Of a stretch of DNA of 34,289 nucleotides, positions 9,101-15,547 are shown piece after piece. Location of the stretch: the NCBI GenBank assembly GCA_025054895.1, contig JANWYZ010000003.1, positions 1 through 34,289 of the forward strand, in the 5' to 3' direction. The stretch is from a bacterium (lineage in GTDB: Bacteria > Armatimonadota > HRBIN16). Below the pieces are notes generated by a model. That model had not been told where the DNA came from. It ran no database searches and saw only the letters and a list, made by a program, of their open reading frames with translations. The position numbers and the translations under genes are program-made. Numbering within the stretch: the first letter of the stretch is position 1; each line of letters starts with the position of its first letter.

Positions 9101-9307
9101 AGCTCGGTCTCCACGCCCGGACGCGGCTGGTTTACCATCGACAAAGGCGTCAACATGGAAGGCAACGGCGCAATACCCGACTACGTGGTGGAAGACCTGC
9201 CTGAAGACCTCGCCGCAGGTCGCGACCGCCAGCTGGAGAAAGCGCTGGAAGTGTTAAGCCGAGTTGTTCGGGACGCGCCGCCCGAGTTTCCCCCAAGTGT
9301 AAGGTAG
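6110..9307 (+). CDS. secreted tricorn-like S41 family peptidase (PD40 beta-propellers, PDZ, S41 catalytic domain)
   Basis: 1065 aa; signal peptide ending CFA-Q; many WSPDG repeats; GELNSSH, DVRFNGGG, SFSNAEIF, G-x-x-TAGGVI, EGNGAIPD motifs. Confidence 0.92.
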   Translation: MRSLFRFTAFAGGTLLLVIQCFAQTAVRFARYPAPSPDGKQIAFSWQGDLWLASSAGGEAKRLTVHEGYDFAPLWSPDGTKIAFTSDRYGNDDVFVLNLRDGTIQRLTYWSGRDRALGWTPDGKAVLLESTRDWEPYGAEPCVYVAPLSGTTPYRLHNVTGTPAALSPDGDKLAFVRRDSSWWRKGYKGSATGDIWLHDLKTDKFTRLTQTDTPDTFPMWSPDGRTLYFLSERDGTYNLWAMDLDSKSAKQMTRYKGDGARFPQIARNGSLIAYEQGMDLCALNPATGEIRILNITAPAADARKPQGFWQQVRSGDVAEFAIAPNGKEVALVVRGEVFVTRYPEGGAARRLTETVEPEYDLAWSPDSKSLVFASERDGTTSLYLVTSDDPDEPRLRRTAKLKTERLTNSPLPDTSPVFSPDGKKLAFRRGNGDLMLLDMETKQESAILRHWNLGRFVWSPDSRWLAYEMEDNEYNSDIYILSVADGKSVNISRHPNNDINPSWSADGRAIAFLSQRDGKTFNICYLFLRKADDEKSKADWQDEEDARHDAPKKPEEKPKEPKEREPVQIDFEDIHDRVRQVTRYVGGVRELALSPDGKKIAFHSSYQGQSDLYVIDWDGGNERRLTTGGASPNDIRWSNDGNQITFLSRGRISRIPAAGGNVQSTDLTAQMRVDLAAEREYIYDAVWRTLNQVFYDQNFHGANWAAMRGKYRAYLPYVSEERDFTAVVYMLLGELNSSHVGFTPRQMTNPESTDTGMLGVVWANTRDGDGLLIESVIPNTPASRSDVNLKPGERVLAVNGRRITPTTEVWQLFNGTVGEKTELLVRSQDGKERTVTLRPISPADFRRARYEVWVKRNQKWVEDRSGGELGYVHIQGMGELNVYEFIRQLHAVAYGKKGLLIDVRFNGGGWTTDYLLAILMARRHAYTLSRGGEPGYPQDRLPLYVWTKPIAVLCNERSFSNAEIFTHAIKTLKRGPVIGVPTAGGVISTGRRALMDGSSVSTPGRGWFTIDKGVNMEGNGAIPDYVVEDLPEDLAAGRDRQLEKALEVLSRVVRDAPPEFPPSVR

Positions 9308-9338
9308 GAAAGAATCAACGGCTACTTCTGCCCTCAGG

Positions 9339-9397
9339 GGACACGACGGTACGTGAGCCTCCACACCGGGTTTGGAGGGATGCGCTCTGTTGCGTCC
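9339..9397. repeat. head-to-head pair of GGAG-led palindromes (REP-like)
   Basis: Plus strand TGGAG-GGATGCG-CTCTGT-TGCGTCC (9373-9397); minus strand TGGAG-GCTCACG-TACCGT-CGTGTCC (9363-9339); same 7-6-7 layout. Confidence 0.55.
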
Positions 9398-9415
9398 ATT
9401 GCCATGTCGCTTACC

Positions 9416-9445
9416 TTGATTAAACACATCGGTAAGTGCTATACT
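9416..9445 (+). promoter_or_regulatory. sigma70-type promoter of tpx
   Basis: TTGATT (9416-9421), N18, TATACT (9440-9445) with extended TGn. Confidence 0.65.
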
Positions 9446-9487
9446 GAGATAGTCGCGAAATTACCAAACTGGAAAGGAGTATGCCAG

Positions 9488-10006
9488 ATGTCAGTAGAAC
9501 GCCCTGGAGCGGTAACCTTCAAAGGACAGCCGTTGACGCTTGTTGGAGCGGAGCTCAAACCCGGCGATAAAGCGCCTGATTTCACCATCATAGACCAGTC
9601 TCTACAACCTGCTTCCTTGAAGGACTACGCAGGCAAGGTGATTTTGCTCAGCGTGGTACCCTCTTTAGACACGGGCATCTGTTCCGCCCAAACCAAACGG
9701 TTCAACGAAGAGGCGGCAAAGCTACCTGAGGACGTGGCTATCCTGACGATAAGCATGGACCTGCCCTTTGCACAGGCTCGCTTTTGTGGTGCGGAAAACA
9801 TCGACCGAGTGAAAGTGCTATCCGACCACCGCGACGCCTCCTTCGCGCAGGCATACGGCACACTGGTCAAGGAACTGCGGCTGGAGTCGCGTGCGATTTT
9901 CGTGATAGACCGTGAGGGGATTATCCGGTATGTAGAATACGTGCCCGAAATCGCCAGCCACCCGAACTACGATGCTGCACTGGAGGCGGTGAAGGGACTG
10001 TTGTAA
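9488..10006 (+). CDS. tpx: thiol peroxidase (Tpx-type atypical 2-Cys peroxiredoxin)
   Basis: 172 aa from ATG 9488 after AAAGGAG; VTFKG, VVPSLDTGIC, DLPFAQARFC, RAIFV, PNYDAAL motifs. Confidence 0.95.
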   Translation: MSVERPGAVTFKGQPLTLVGAELKPGDKAPDFTIIDQSLQPASLKDYAGKVILLSVVPSLDTGICSAQTKRFNEEAAKLPEDVAILTISMDLPFAQARFCGAENIDRVKVLSDHRDASFAQAYGTLVKELRLESRAIFVIDREGIIRYVEYVPEIASHPNYDAALEAVKGLL

Positions 10007-10040
10007 AAAAACAGGGCACCTTCTTTCGGTGCCCTGTTTC
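10005..10040. terminator. bidirectional intrinsic terminator between tpx and relE
   Basis: AAACAGGGCACC-TTCTTTC-GGTGCCCTGTTT perfect 12-bp stem with an A-run on the left and Ts on the right. Confidence 0.85.
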
Positions 10041-10311
10041 ACCTGTCCGTATGTAGACTGCGGTAGATGTCGCCACGATGCCCAATATCAAGAACAGTCA
10101 CTGTGAGGTTGGCATCGTCTATCTCGTAGATTACTCGATAGTCGCCTACACGTATTCGCCAACCATCTCGCCCTGCTAGCTTCAGACAGCCTGTGGGTCT
10201 TGGGGTATCTGCAAGTTTGCGAAGAGCATCACGTACGCGCACATAGGCATCCTGGGGCAGTTTCGCCAGCTGTTTCTGCGCGCGGGGAAGGATGTTAACT
10301 GAGTAACTCAA
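10039..10311 (-). CDS. relE: type II toxin, RelE/ParE family
   Basis: 90 aa basic protein; A-x-KQL-x-KL, PRP-x-G-x-x-KL-x-G, WRIRVGDYRVIYEI, GHRGDIY; TTG start overlaps the antitoxin stop (TTGA). Confidence 0.9.
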   Translation of the reverse strand: MSYSVNILPRAQKQLAKLPQDAYVRVRDALRKLADTPRPTGCLKLAGRDGWRIRVGDYRVIYEIDDANLTVTVLDIGHRGDIYRSLHTDR

Positions 10312-10511
10312 GACCTTTCCTTCTCTATGGAGGCTATTGCTTCTTCTAGCGGTACTGGCACTTCGCCGGATGCCTTCGCTTCATCATACGCCTGTAGCGA
10401 TTCAAGCTCCTCCACCGCCTCTAGCAGCTGCCTATATACCTCGATATCAAGCAACACTGCTATCGGTTGACCGCTTTCGTCCACCACAAAACGCTCGCGT
10501 ACCGGGATCAT
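10308..10511 (-). CDS. putative cognate antitoxin (small acidic, Phd/YefM-like C-terminal part)
   Basis: 67 aa from ATG 10511 after GGAGG; FVVDESGQPIAVLLDIE-x-Y..LLE..EELE; coupled upstream of relE. Confidence 0.8.
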   Translation of the reverse strand: MIPVRERFVVDESGQPIAVLLDIEVYRQLLEAVEELESLQAYDEAKASGEVPVPLEEAIASIEKERS

Positions 10512-10693
10512 CTCTACACACCTCCAGATATCACAGTCTGTCCTCCGAGATAGATGCCCCACCTAACCGAACCTGCCGTCCGGCAAACATAAGCGGACGG
10601 AAGACTGGAGCGCTGATCGTTTTTCCGTATAGCGATAGCTTCCTCCGCGCTATCTAATCCCACCCAGCTCGTTCAACTCGTCTGCACATACTC

Positions 10694-10723
10694 AGTATAC
10701 ATCGACCCGCCAACAGGAATCTA
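10694..10723 (-). promoter_or_regulatory. possible promoter upstream of the TA pair
   Basis: Minus strand TAGATT, N18, TATACT; palindrome ATACT-C-AGTAT (10688-10698) overlaps the -10. Confidence 0.4.
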
Positions 10724-10752
10724 TCATCTTCGTAAGGAAGTTTTATATCAAT

Positions 10753-12432
10753 ATGGACACACGCTCGCGCAAGTCTCCTCTTGTCGCCGTTTTACCTGTT
10801 GCCCTGCCGGTTATCGCGCTCGGCATGGGGTGCTTTTTCGGGTTGAGTGCAGTTGGGCTCTTTGACCTCGACGAAGGGTTGTACGCCACCGCCGCGCGCC
10901 AGATGGTGGAATCGGGCGACTGGCTGGTACCTCGCGTGGGGACTGGGGTCTTCTTCGACAAGCCTCCTCTCACCTATTGGCTTCAGGCGTTGTGCATGGG
11001 CGCGCTGGGCTTCACGCCGCTGGCGGCGCGATTGCCTTCGGCAGTGGCGGCAGTGCTGACAGCGCTGGTACTCTGGCAGTGGGCGAAGCGACGCGAGCTG
11101 GAGCGCGTGGGCTGGCTTGCGCTGATTATCTACCCGCTCTGCCCGCTCACGATGGGTTTGGCGCGTCAGGCGATTATGGACAGCCTGCTGACCCTGTGGT
11201 TCACTCTGGCAATTATCGGTTGGATTGAAGGTTATACCAGCAATCGCCGAGGGTACCTTCTGATGGCAGCGGGAGCAGGTTTAGCAACGATGACTAAAGG
11301 CTTAATTGGTCTGCTGCTGCCGGCTGCAACGCTGATGCTGTGGATACTGCTCCGACGCGATTGGGCAGAGCTAAAACGTATCCCCTGGCTGCCCGTTCTT
11401 GGGGTCTACCTGCTCATCGTATTACCTTGGCACCTGGCAGTGTGGCGGACGGCAGGTGACCTGTTCGTCCAGGAGTACATCATCCGCCACCATGTGAACC
11501 GTTTCCTGGGTAAGGAGTTCGGACACACGGCTCCTTTCTGGTTTTACCTGCCCGTTCTGCTGGTGGGTATGTATCCATGGAGCGCGTTCGTCCCGGTCGT
11601 CGGCTGGCAGGTGTTAAGCGGCTGGAGGTGTGAAAAGCAAAAGCTCTGTTGTGCGTGGGCGATGTGGGCTTTGTGGGCGGCAGTGGTGTTGCTCTTCTTC
11701 TCGGCAAGCAAGTCCAAGCTGCCCGGGTATATTTTACCAGCCGTGCCCGCGCTTGCCTTGCTTGTTGCTCTGCGCCTGCACTCACTCTGGAGAACACATG
11801 GCAGTTTGCGCCCGGGCGAGGCGGCGCTCATGGGTTTCACCGGGCTGGCTCTGAGCGCGCTTTTCGCACTGGTGGGCGTACTGGGCTGGCAGTGGCAGGG
11901 TCAGTATCACGCGATGCTGATGGGAAAAAGCGTGCCGCCCGAAGTGGTGCAGGCGATATCACATATAATGCCCTTCGCGCTGATGCTGGCAGGGTTATTC
12001 CTGCTGAGTGTAATTGTCCTCTTCGCCCGATGGTCTTCCACACCGCGCGTCACAGGCGCGGCGATGCTGTTCGGGCTGCTGTTCATCTTTCTGGTAGGTC
12101 ACGATGGCTTGCCGCGCTGGAACGCCTACGATATCGAGCCGCTGCACCGGCTGGGACGCTCGCTCGTTCCTGTTCTGGAACAGGGTAAGTCGGTAGCCAT
12201 TTACGCTTTTGAGCCGAGCCGTCCCAGTCTGCGCTTCATCATGGGGCATCCCCAACAGGTATCCGAGCCCGGCACGCCAGAAGCTTTGAGACGAGTAATG
12301 CAAAACACATCGGGCGGTTACATCCTCACTGAGCAGCGTCACTCACTCCCTGTAGACCTGCCCTGCCGCCCTGTGCGTGAGCGTGAAGACGGTCGCTGGG
12401 TCATTTACCGATGCGAGCCATCCGAAAGATAG
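10753..12432 (+). CDS. ArnT/PMT-family (GT-C fold) membrane glycosyltransferase
   Basis: 559 aa, multiple TM segments; FDLDEGLYA..ARQMVESGDW, FDKPPL-x-YW, ARLPSA, MTKG, PFWFY, SK-x-KLPGYILP motifs. Confidence 0.88.
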   Translation: MDTRSRKSPLVAVLPVALPVIALGMGCFFGLSAVGLFDLDEGLYATAARQMVESGDWLVPRVGTGVFFDKPPLTYWLQALCMGALGFTPLAARLPSAVAAVLTALVLWQWAKRRELERVGWLALIIYPLCPLTMGLARQAIMDSLLTLWFTLAIIGWIEGYTSNRRGYLLMAAGAGLATMTKGLIGLLLPAATLMLWILLRRDWAELKRIPWLPVLGVYLLIVLPWHLAVWRTAGDLFVQEYIIRHHVNRFLGKEFGHTAPFWFYLPVLLVGMYPWSAFVPVVGWQVLSGWRCEKQKLCCAWAMWALWAAVVLLFFSASKSKLPGYILPAVPALALLVALRLHSLWRTHGSLRPGEAALMGFTGLALSALFALVGVLGWQWQGQYHAMLMGKSVPPEVVQAISHIMPFALMLAGLFLLSVIVLFARWSSTPRVTGAAMLFGLLFIFLVGHDGLPRWNAYDIEPLHRLGRSLVPVLEQGKSVAIYAFEPSRPSLRFIMGHPQQVSEPGTPEALRRVMQNTSGGYILTEQRHSLPVDLPCRPVREREDGRWVIYRCEPSER

Positions 12433-13541
12433 TGGTTGCGCCGACAGCCTTCAAGGGCAGCCTGACGCCGGTAGAAGCCGCCCTGGCAATGGAACGTGGG
12501 GTACGTCGTATCCTGCCCGACGCACAAATCATCGCGCTGCCGCTGGCGGATGGCGGCGACGGCATGTTACAATGTCTGGCGCATGCAGGACTGTGCACTC
12601 TACATCACCATACCGTCACCGATTCGTTACGACGACCGCACGAAGCCCCCTACGGCATCAGCGCGGACGGCAAGACTGGTTTCATGGAGATGGCGCAAAT
12701 CTGCGGGCTGGCTCAGCTGTACCCCAAGGAGCGAGACCCGCGCTTTACCACCACCTTCGGCGTCGGCGAGATGATTGCCCATCTGCTGGCGCAAGGTATC
12801 GGCAAGCTGGTCATTGGGTTAGGCGGTAGCTCGACCAACGATGGCGGCTCTGGTGCACTAACGGCGCTGGGCTGGCGATTGCTGGATAAGCAGGGAGAAC
12901 CGATACCGCTGGGCAACGCTGGTTTGCTCCTCCTGCATCGCGTTATCCCTTCTCCACTCTGTTCCGAACACCTGGAAGTCGTGTTGGCTGCGGACGTGCG
13001 CAATCCGCTTCTGGGCAAGAATGGGGCAACCACTGTCTTCGCACCCCAAAAGGGCGCTACTCCCTCCATGCTGCCCGAACTGGAACGCGCCATGCGCCGA
13101 TGGGCAGTGGCGGTGCATCGGGTGACAAGCAGGAAGACCTCACGTATACCGGGGGCAGGCGCGGCGGGAGGACTGGCGTTTGGGCTTCTGGCGCATTTCC
13201 CACAGGCACGGCTCGTCTCGGGAGCGGAATTCGTGATGCAAGCGGTAGGCTTCTACGACGCCCTGCGTGATGCCGACCTCGTGCTGACGGGAGAAGGTCA
13301 GGTAGACGCCACGACCCTGCACGGCAAGCTGCTGCTGCGGGTGTTACAGGCGGCGAAGCGGCAGGGTGTGCCGGTTGCGGTAATCTGCGGCGACATGCGA
13401 GGCGACCCCGCAATGTTACAACCTTACGGAGTGCTCGGTTGGCAAACTTTGGTTTCAGAAACTATCTCGCGCAAGGAAGCCTTCCGTGAGGCAGCCGCTC
13501 TCTTGGAGAAAAAAACGGCGAAACTGTTACGGAGTCTATAA
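12411..13541 (+). CDS. glycerate kinase family protein (GarK/GlxK type)
   Basis: 376 aa; APTAFKGSL, PLADGGDG, IGLGGSSTNDGG, DV-x-NPLLG..GA..VFAPQKGA, GAGAAGG, TGEG motifs. Confidence 0.88.
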   Translation: MRAIRKIVVAPTAFKGSLTPVEAALAMERGVRRILPDAQIIALPLADGGDGMLQCLAHAGLCTLHHHTVTDSLRRPHEAPYGISADGKTGFMEMAQICGLAQLYPKERDPRFTTTFGVGEMIAHLLAQGIGKLVIGLGGSSTNDGGSGALTALGWRLLDKQGEPIPLGNAGLLLLHRVIPSPLCSEHLEVVLAADVRNPLLGKNGATTVFAPQKGATPSMLPELERAMRRWAVAVHRVTSRKTSRIPGAGAAGGLAFGLLAHFPQARLVSGAEFVMQAVGFYDALRDADLVLTGEGQVDATTLHGKLLLRVLQAAKRQGVPVAVICGDMRGDPAMLQPYGVLGWQTLVSETISRKEAFREAAALLEKKTAKLLRSL

Positions 13542-13572
13542 CGTCTTTTAGTTAGCCACAAGCGCAGGAGTA

Positions 13573-13601
13573 TTGCACTCCTTGCGCGAACAGGCTATAA
13601 T
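13573..13601 (+). promoter_or_regulatory. sigma70-type promoter of the beta-barrel gene
   Basis: TTGCAC, N17, TATAAT; overlapped by two inverted repeats (13562-13587 and 13588-13616). Confidence 0.65.
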
Positions 13602-13638
13602 ACGAACAACCTGTTCATTTTACGAGGAGGTGTTTCGC

Positions 13639-14172
13639 ATGAAACGACTGTGGTTCGCGTTGACAGCAGCGGTGGTGCTGACGACATGGGCGGTGCCGGC
13701 GTTTGCACAGTGGGGCGAGGAAACATCAGGCAACAACCTCCGTGTGCGCATCGGCGCGTTCTTCCCCAGCAAGTCTATCTCCCGCAATGAAGCCAACACC
13801 TGGTTCGCGGCTGGTGTAGACTATGTGCTGAAGCGCGATGTTGCCATCAGCGAGGGCTATGCAGCCGACATGGGTTTGAGCGTGGACTACTACGGCTCCG
13901 GGGAGGTGTACAATGTGCCCGTACTGCTCAACTACTGGGGCAAGGTTGGCAGCGGGTTAAGCTACACTGCAGGTGTCGGCGTTGGCTTTTCGAAGCGCCC
14001 TGTGAGCGGCGATACTAAGACAGGCTTCGCCTATTCCATCGGCGTCGGCTACGATTTTACCATTGGGCAAGCAGGTGGAACGCAGCTCTTCCTCGATGTG
14101 CGCTACAACGGCTTGACCGGTACTGACAGCGAGCACAATGGCTTCGCGGTGTACCTCGGTGCCAGATTCTAA
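13639..14172 (+). CDS. small outer-membrane beta-barrel protein
   Basis: 177 aa from ATG after GAGGAGG; signal peptide ending AFA-Q; alternating G/aromatic beta-strands; C-terminal VYLGARF beta-signal. Confidence 0.8.
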   Translation: MKRLWFALTAAVVLTTWAVPAFAQWGEETSGNNLRVRIGAFFPSKSISRNEANTWFAAGVDYVLKRDVAISEGYAADMGLSVDYYGSGEVYNVPVLLNYWGKVGSGLSYTAGVGVGFSKRPVSGDTKTGFAYSIGVGYDFTIGQAGGTQLFLDVRYNGLTGTDSEHNGFAVYLGARF

Positions 14173-14192
14173 GAAGTAGTTTGTATCATGTG

Positions 14193-14226
14193 ACGGCGGG
14201 GGCTTCTGCTCCCGCCGTTGTTTTTT
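14193..14226 (+). terminator. intrinsic terminator
   Basis: ACGGCGGGGGC-TTCT-GCTCCCGCCGT followed by TGTTTTTT. Confidence 0.88.
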
Positions 14227-14247
14227 GCCTCTGTCGGATGCTACAAT
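14218..14247 (+). promoter_or_regulatory. possible ispG promoter overlapping the terminator T-tract
   Basis: TTGTTT, N18, TACAAT with extended TGn. Confidence 0.45.
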
Positions 14248-14256
14248 TAGTGTGGA

Positions 14257-14323
14257 TGCGTGCTGAAGTGCGCGCCACAAACAGCCTGCCGATATCAACC
14301 GGTAGTGCAGGCTTCAACCTGCA
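14257..14323. repeat. head-to-head pair of GTAG/GTGG-led palindromes (REP-like)
   Basis: Plus strand GTAG-TGCAGG-CTTCAA-CCTGCA (14302-14323); minus strand GTGG-CGCGCA-CTTCAG-CACGCA (14278-14257); same 4-6-6-6 layout and CTTCA loop. Confidence 0.55.
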
Positions 14324-14356
14324 ACGCATGAGAAAAAACCGACACGTGAAGGTGTT

Positions 14357-15547
14357 GTGGTCAAACCTATGTGGCAGATAGAGTATCCTCGTCGCAAGAC
14401 GCGCCCGGTGCGCGTGGGCGGTATCACCATCGGCGGAGGGCATCCCATCGTCGTACAGTCCATGATTACCGCTGAAACGTGGGATGTGGAGCGCGCCGCC
14501 GAGCAGGTAATGCAGCTGTGGGACGCGGGCGCGGAAATCGTGCGCATCACCGCCCCGAACCTGCGCGAGGCGCAGTGCATCGGCGAAATCCGCAATGTCC
14601 TGGTGCGAAAAGGATACAGGGTGCCGCTGGTGGCAGACGTACACCATCAGGGCACGGATATCGCCATAGCGGTCGCGCCTTACGTGGATAAAATCCGCAT
14701 CAACCCCGGACTGTTCGTCTACCGCAAGCCGCGCGGTCGCGCCGACGACTACACGCCCGAGGAGCACGAGCAGGAGCGGCAGGCTATCGAGGAGGCGATT
14801 GTTCCAGTCATTGAGGCGTGCAAAAAGCACGGTATCGCCATGCGGATTGGCGTGAACCACGGTAGCCTCGCCGAACGGATGCTGGTCACCTACGGCGATA
14901 CACCCGAGGGCATGGTGCAGTCCGCGATGGAGTACATCGAAATCTGCGAGAAGTACGACTTCCGCGACATCGTGATTTCCATGAAGGCGAGCCGAGTGCC
15001 CATCATGCTGGCGGCGAACCGCCTGCTGGCGAAGCGTCTGGACGAGACGGGGCGCGACTACCCTATCCACCTGGGCGTCACGGAAGCGGGCGACGGTACT
15101 TATGCACGCATCAAAAGCACCGCCGGTATCGCTACCCTGCTGGCAGAGGGTATTGGCGACACCATCCGCGTTTCGCTCTCCGAGGACCCGGTGAACGAGA
15201 TACCCGTTTGCTACGACATCTTGCAGGCGATGGGTTTGCGCAAGACGCAGGTGGAATATATCGCCTGTCCTTCCTGTGGTCGTACCAAGTTTGACCTTCC
15301 TACTGTCTTAAATGAGGTTCGTAATGCCACCAAACATCTGAAAGGTCTGGATATTGCCGTCATGGGGTGTATCGTCAACGGACCTGGCGAGATGGCAGAC
15401 GCTGACTACGGCTACGTGGGCAGGGCGGCAGGCAAAATCGCCCTGTATCGTGGGCGCGAACTGGTAAAAGACAATATCCCACAAGAGCGCGGCGTGGAGG
15501 AGCTCATCAACCTGCTGAGGCAGGACGACAAGTGGGTAGACCCCTAA
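14357..15547 (+). CDS. ispG: (E)-4-hydroxy-3-methylbut-2-enyl-diphosphate synthase
   Basis: [60 protein letters not shown]; start may be GTG 14357 or ATG 14369. Confidence 0.97.
   Translation: MVKPMWQIEYPRRKTRPVRVGGITIGGGHPIVVQSMITAETWDVERAAEQVMQLWDAGAEIVRITAPNLREAQCIGEIRNVLVRKGYRVPLVADVHHQGTDIAIAVAPYVDKIRINPGLFVYRKPRGRADDYTPEEHEQERQAIEEAIVPVIEACKKHGIAMRIGVNHGSLAERMLVTYGDTPEGMVQSAMEYIEICEKYDFRDIVISMKASRVPIMLAANRLLAKRLDETGRDYPIHLGVTEAGDGTYARIKSTAGIATLLAEGIGDTIRVSLSEDPVNEIPVCYDILQAMGLRKTQVEYIACPSCGRTKFDLPTVLNEVRNATKHLKGLDIAVMGCIVNGPGEMADADYGYVGRAAGKIALYRGRELVKDNIPQERGVEELINLLRQDDKWVDP

Noticed and set aside
9353-9487. N-terminal extension of the tpx ORF (similar extensions at 13573, 18182, 24789, 26164 and 30071)
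   Set aside because: Downstream starts have clear RBSs or stop/start coupling and match family N-termini; the extensions cover promoters or neighbouring genes.
14186-15070. 294-aa minus-strand ORF
   Set aside because: Antisense shadow of ispG caused by GC-biased codon usage.
15265-15360. Run of T-ending codons within ispG suggesting a recombination patch
   Set aside because: Too short to distinguish from noise without ortholog alignments.
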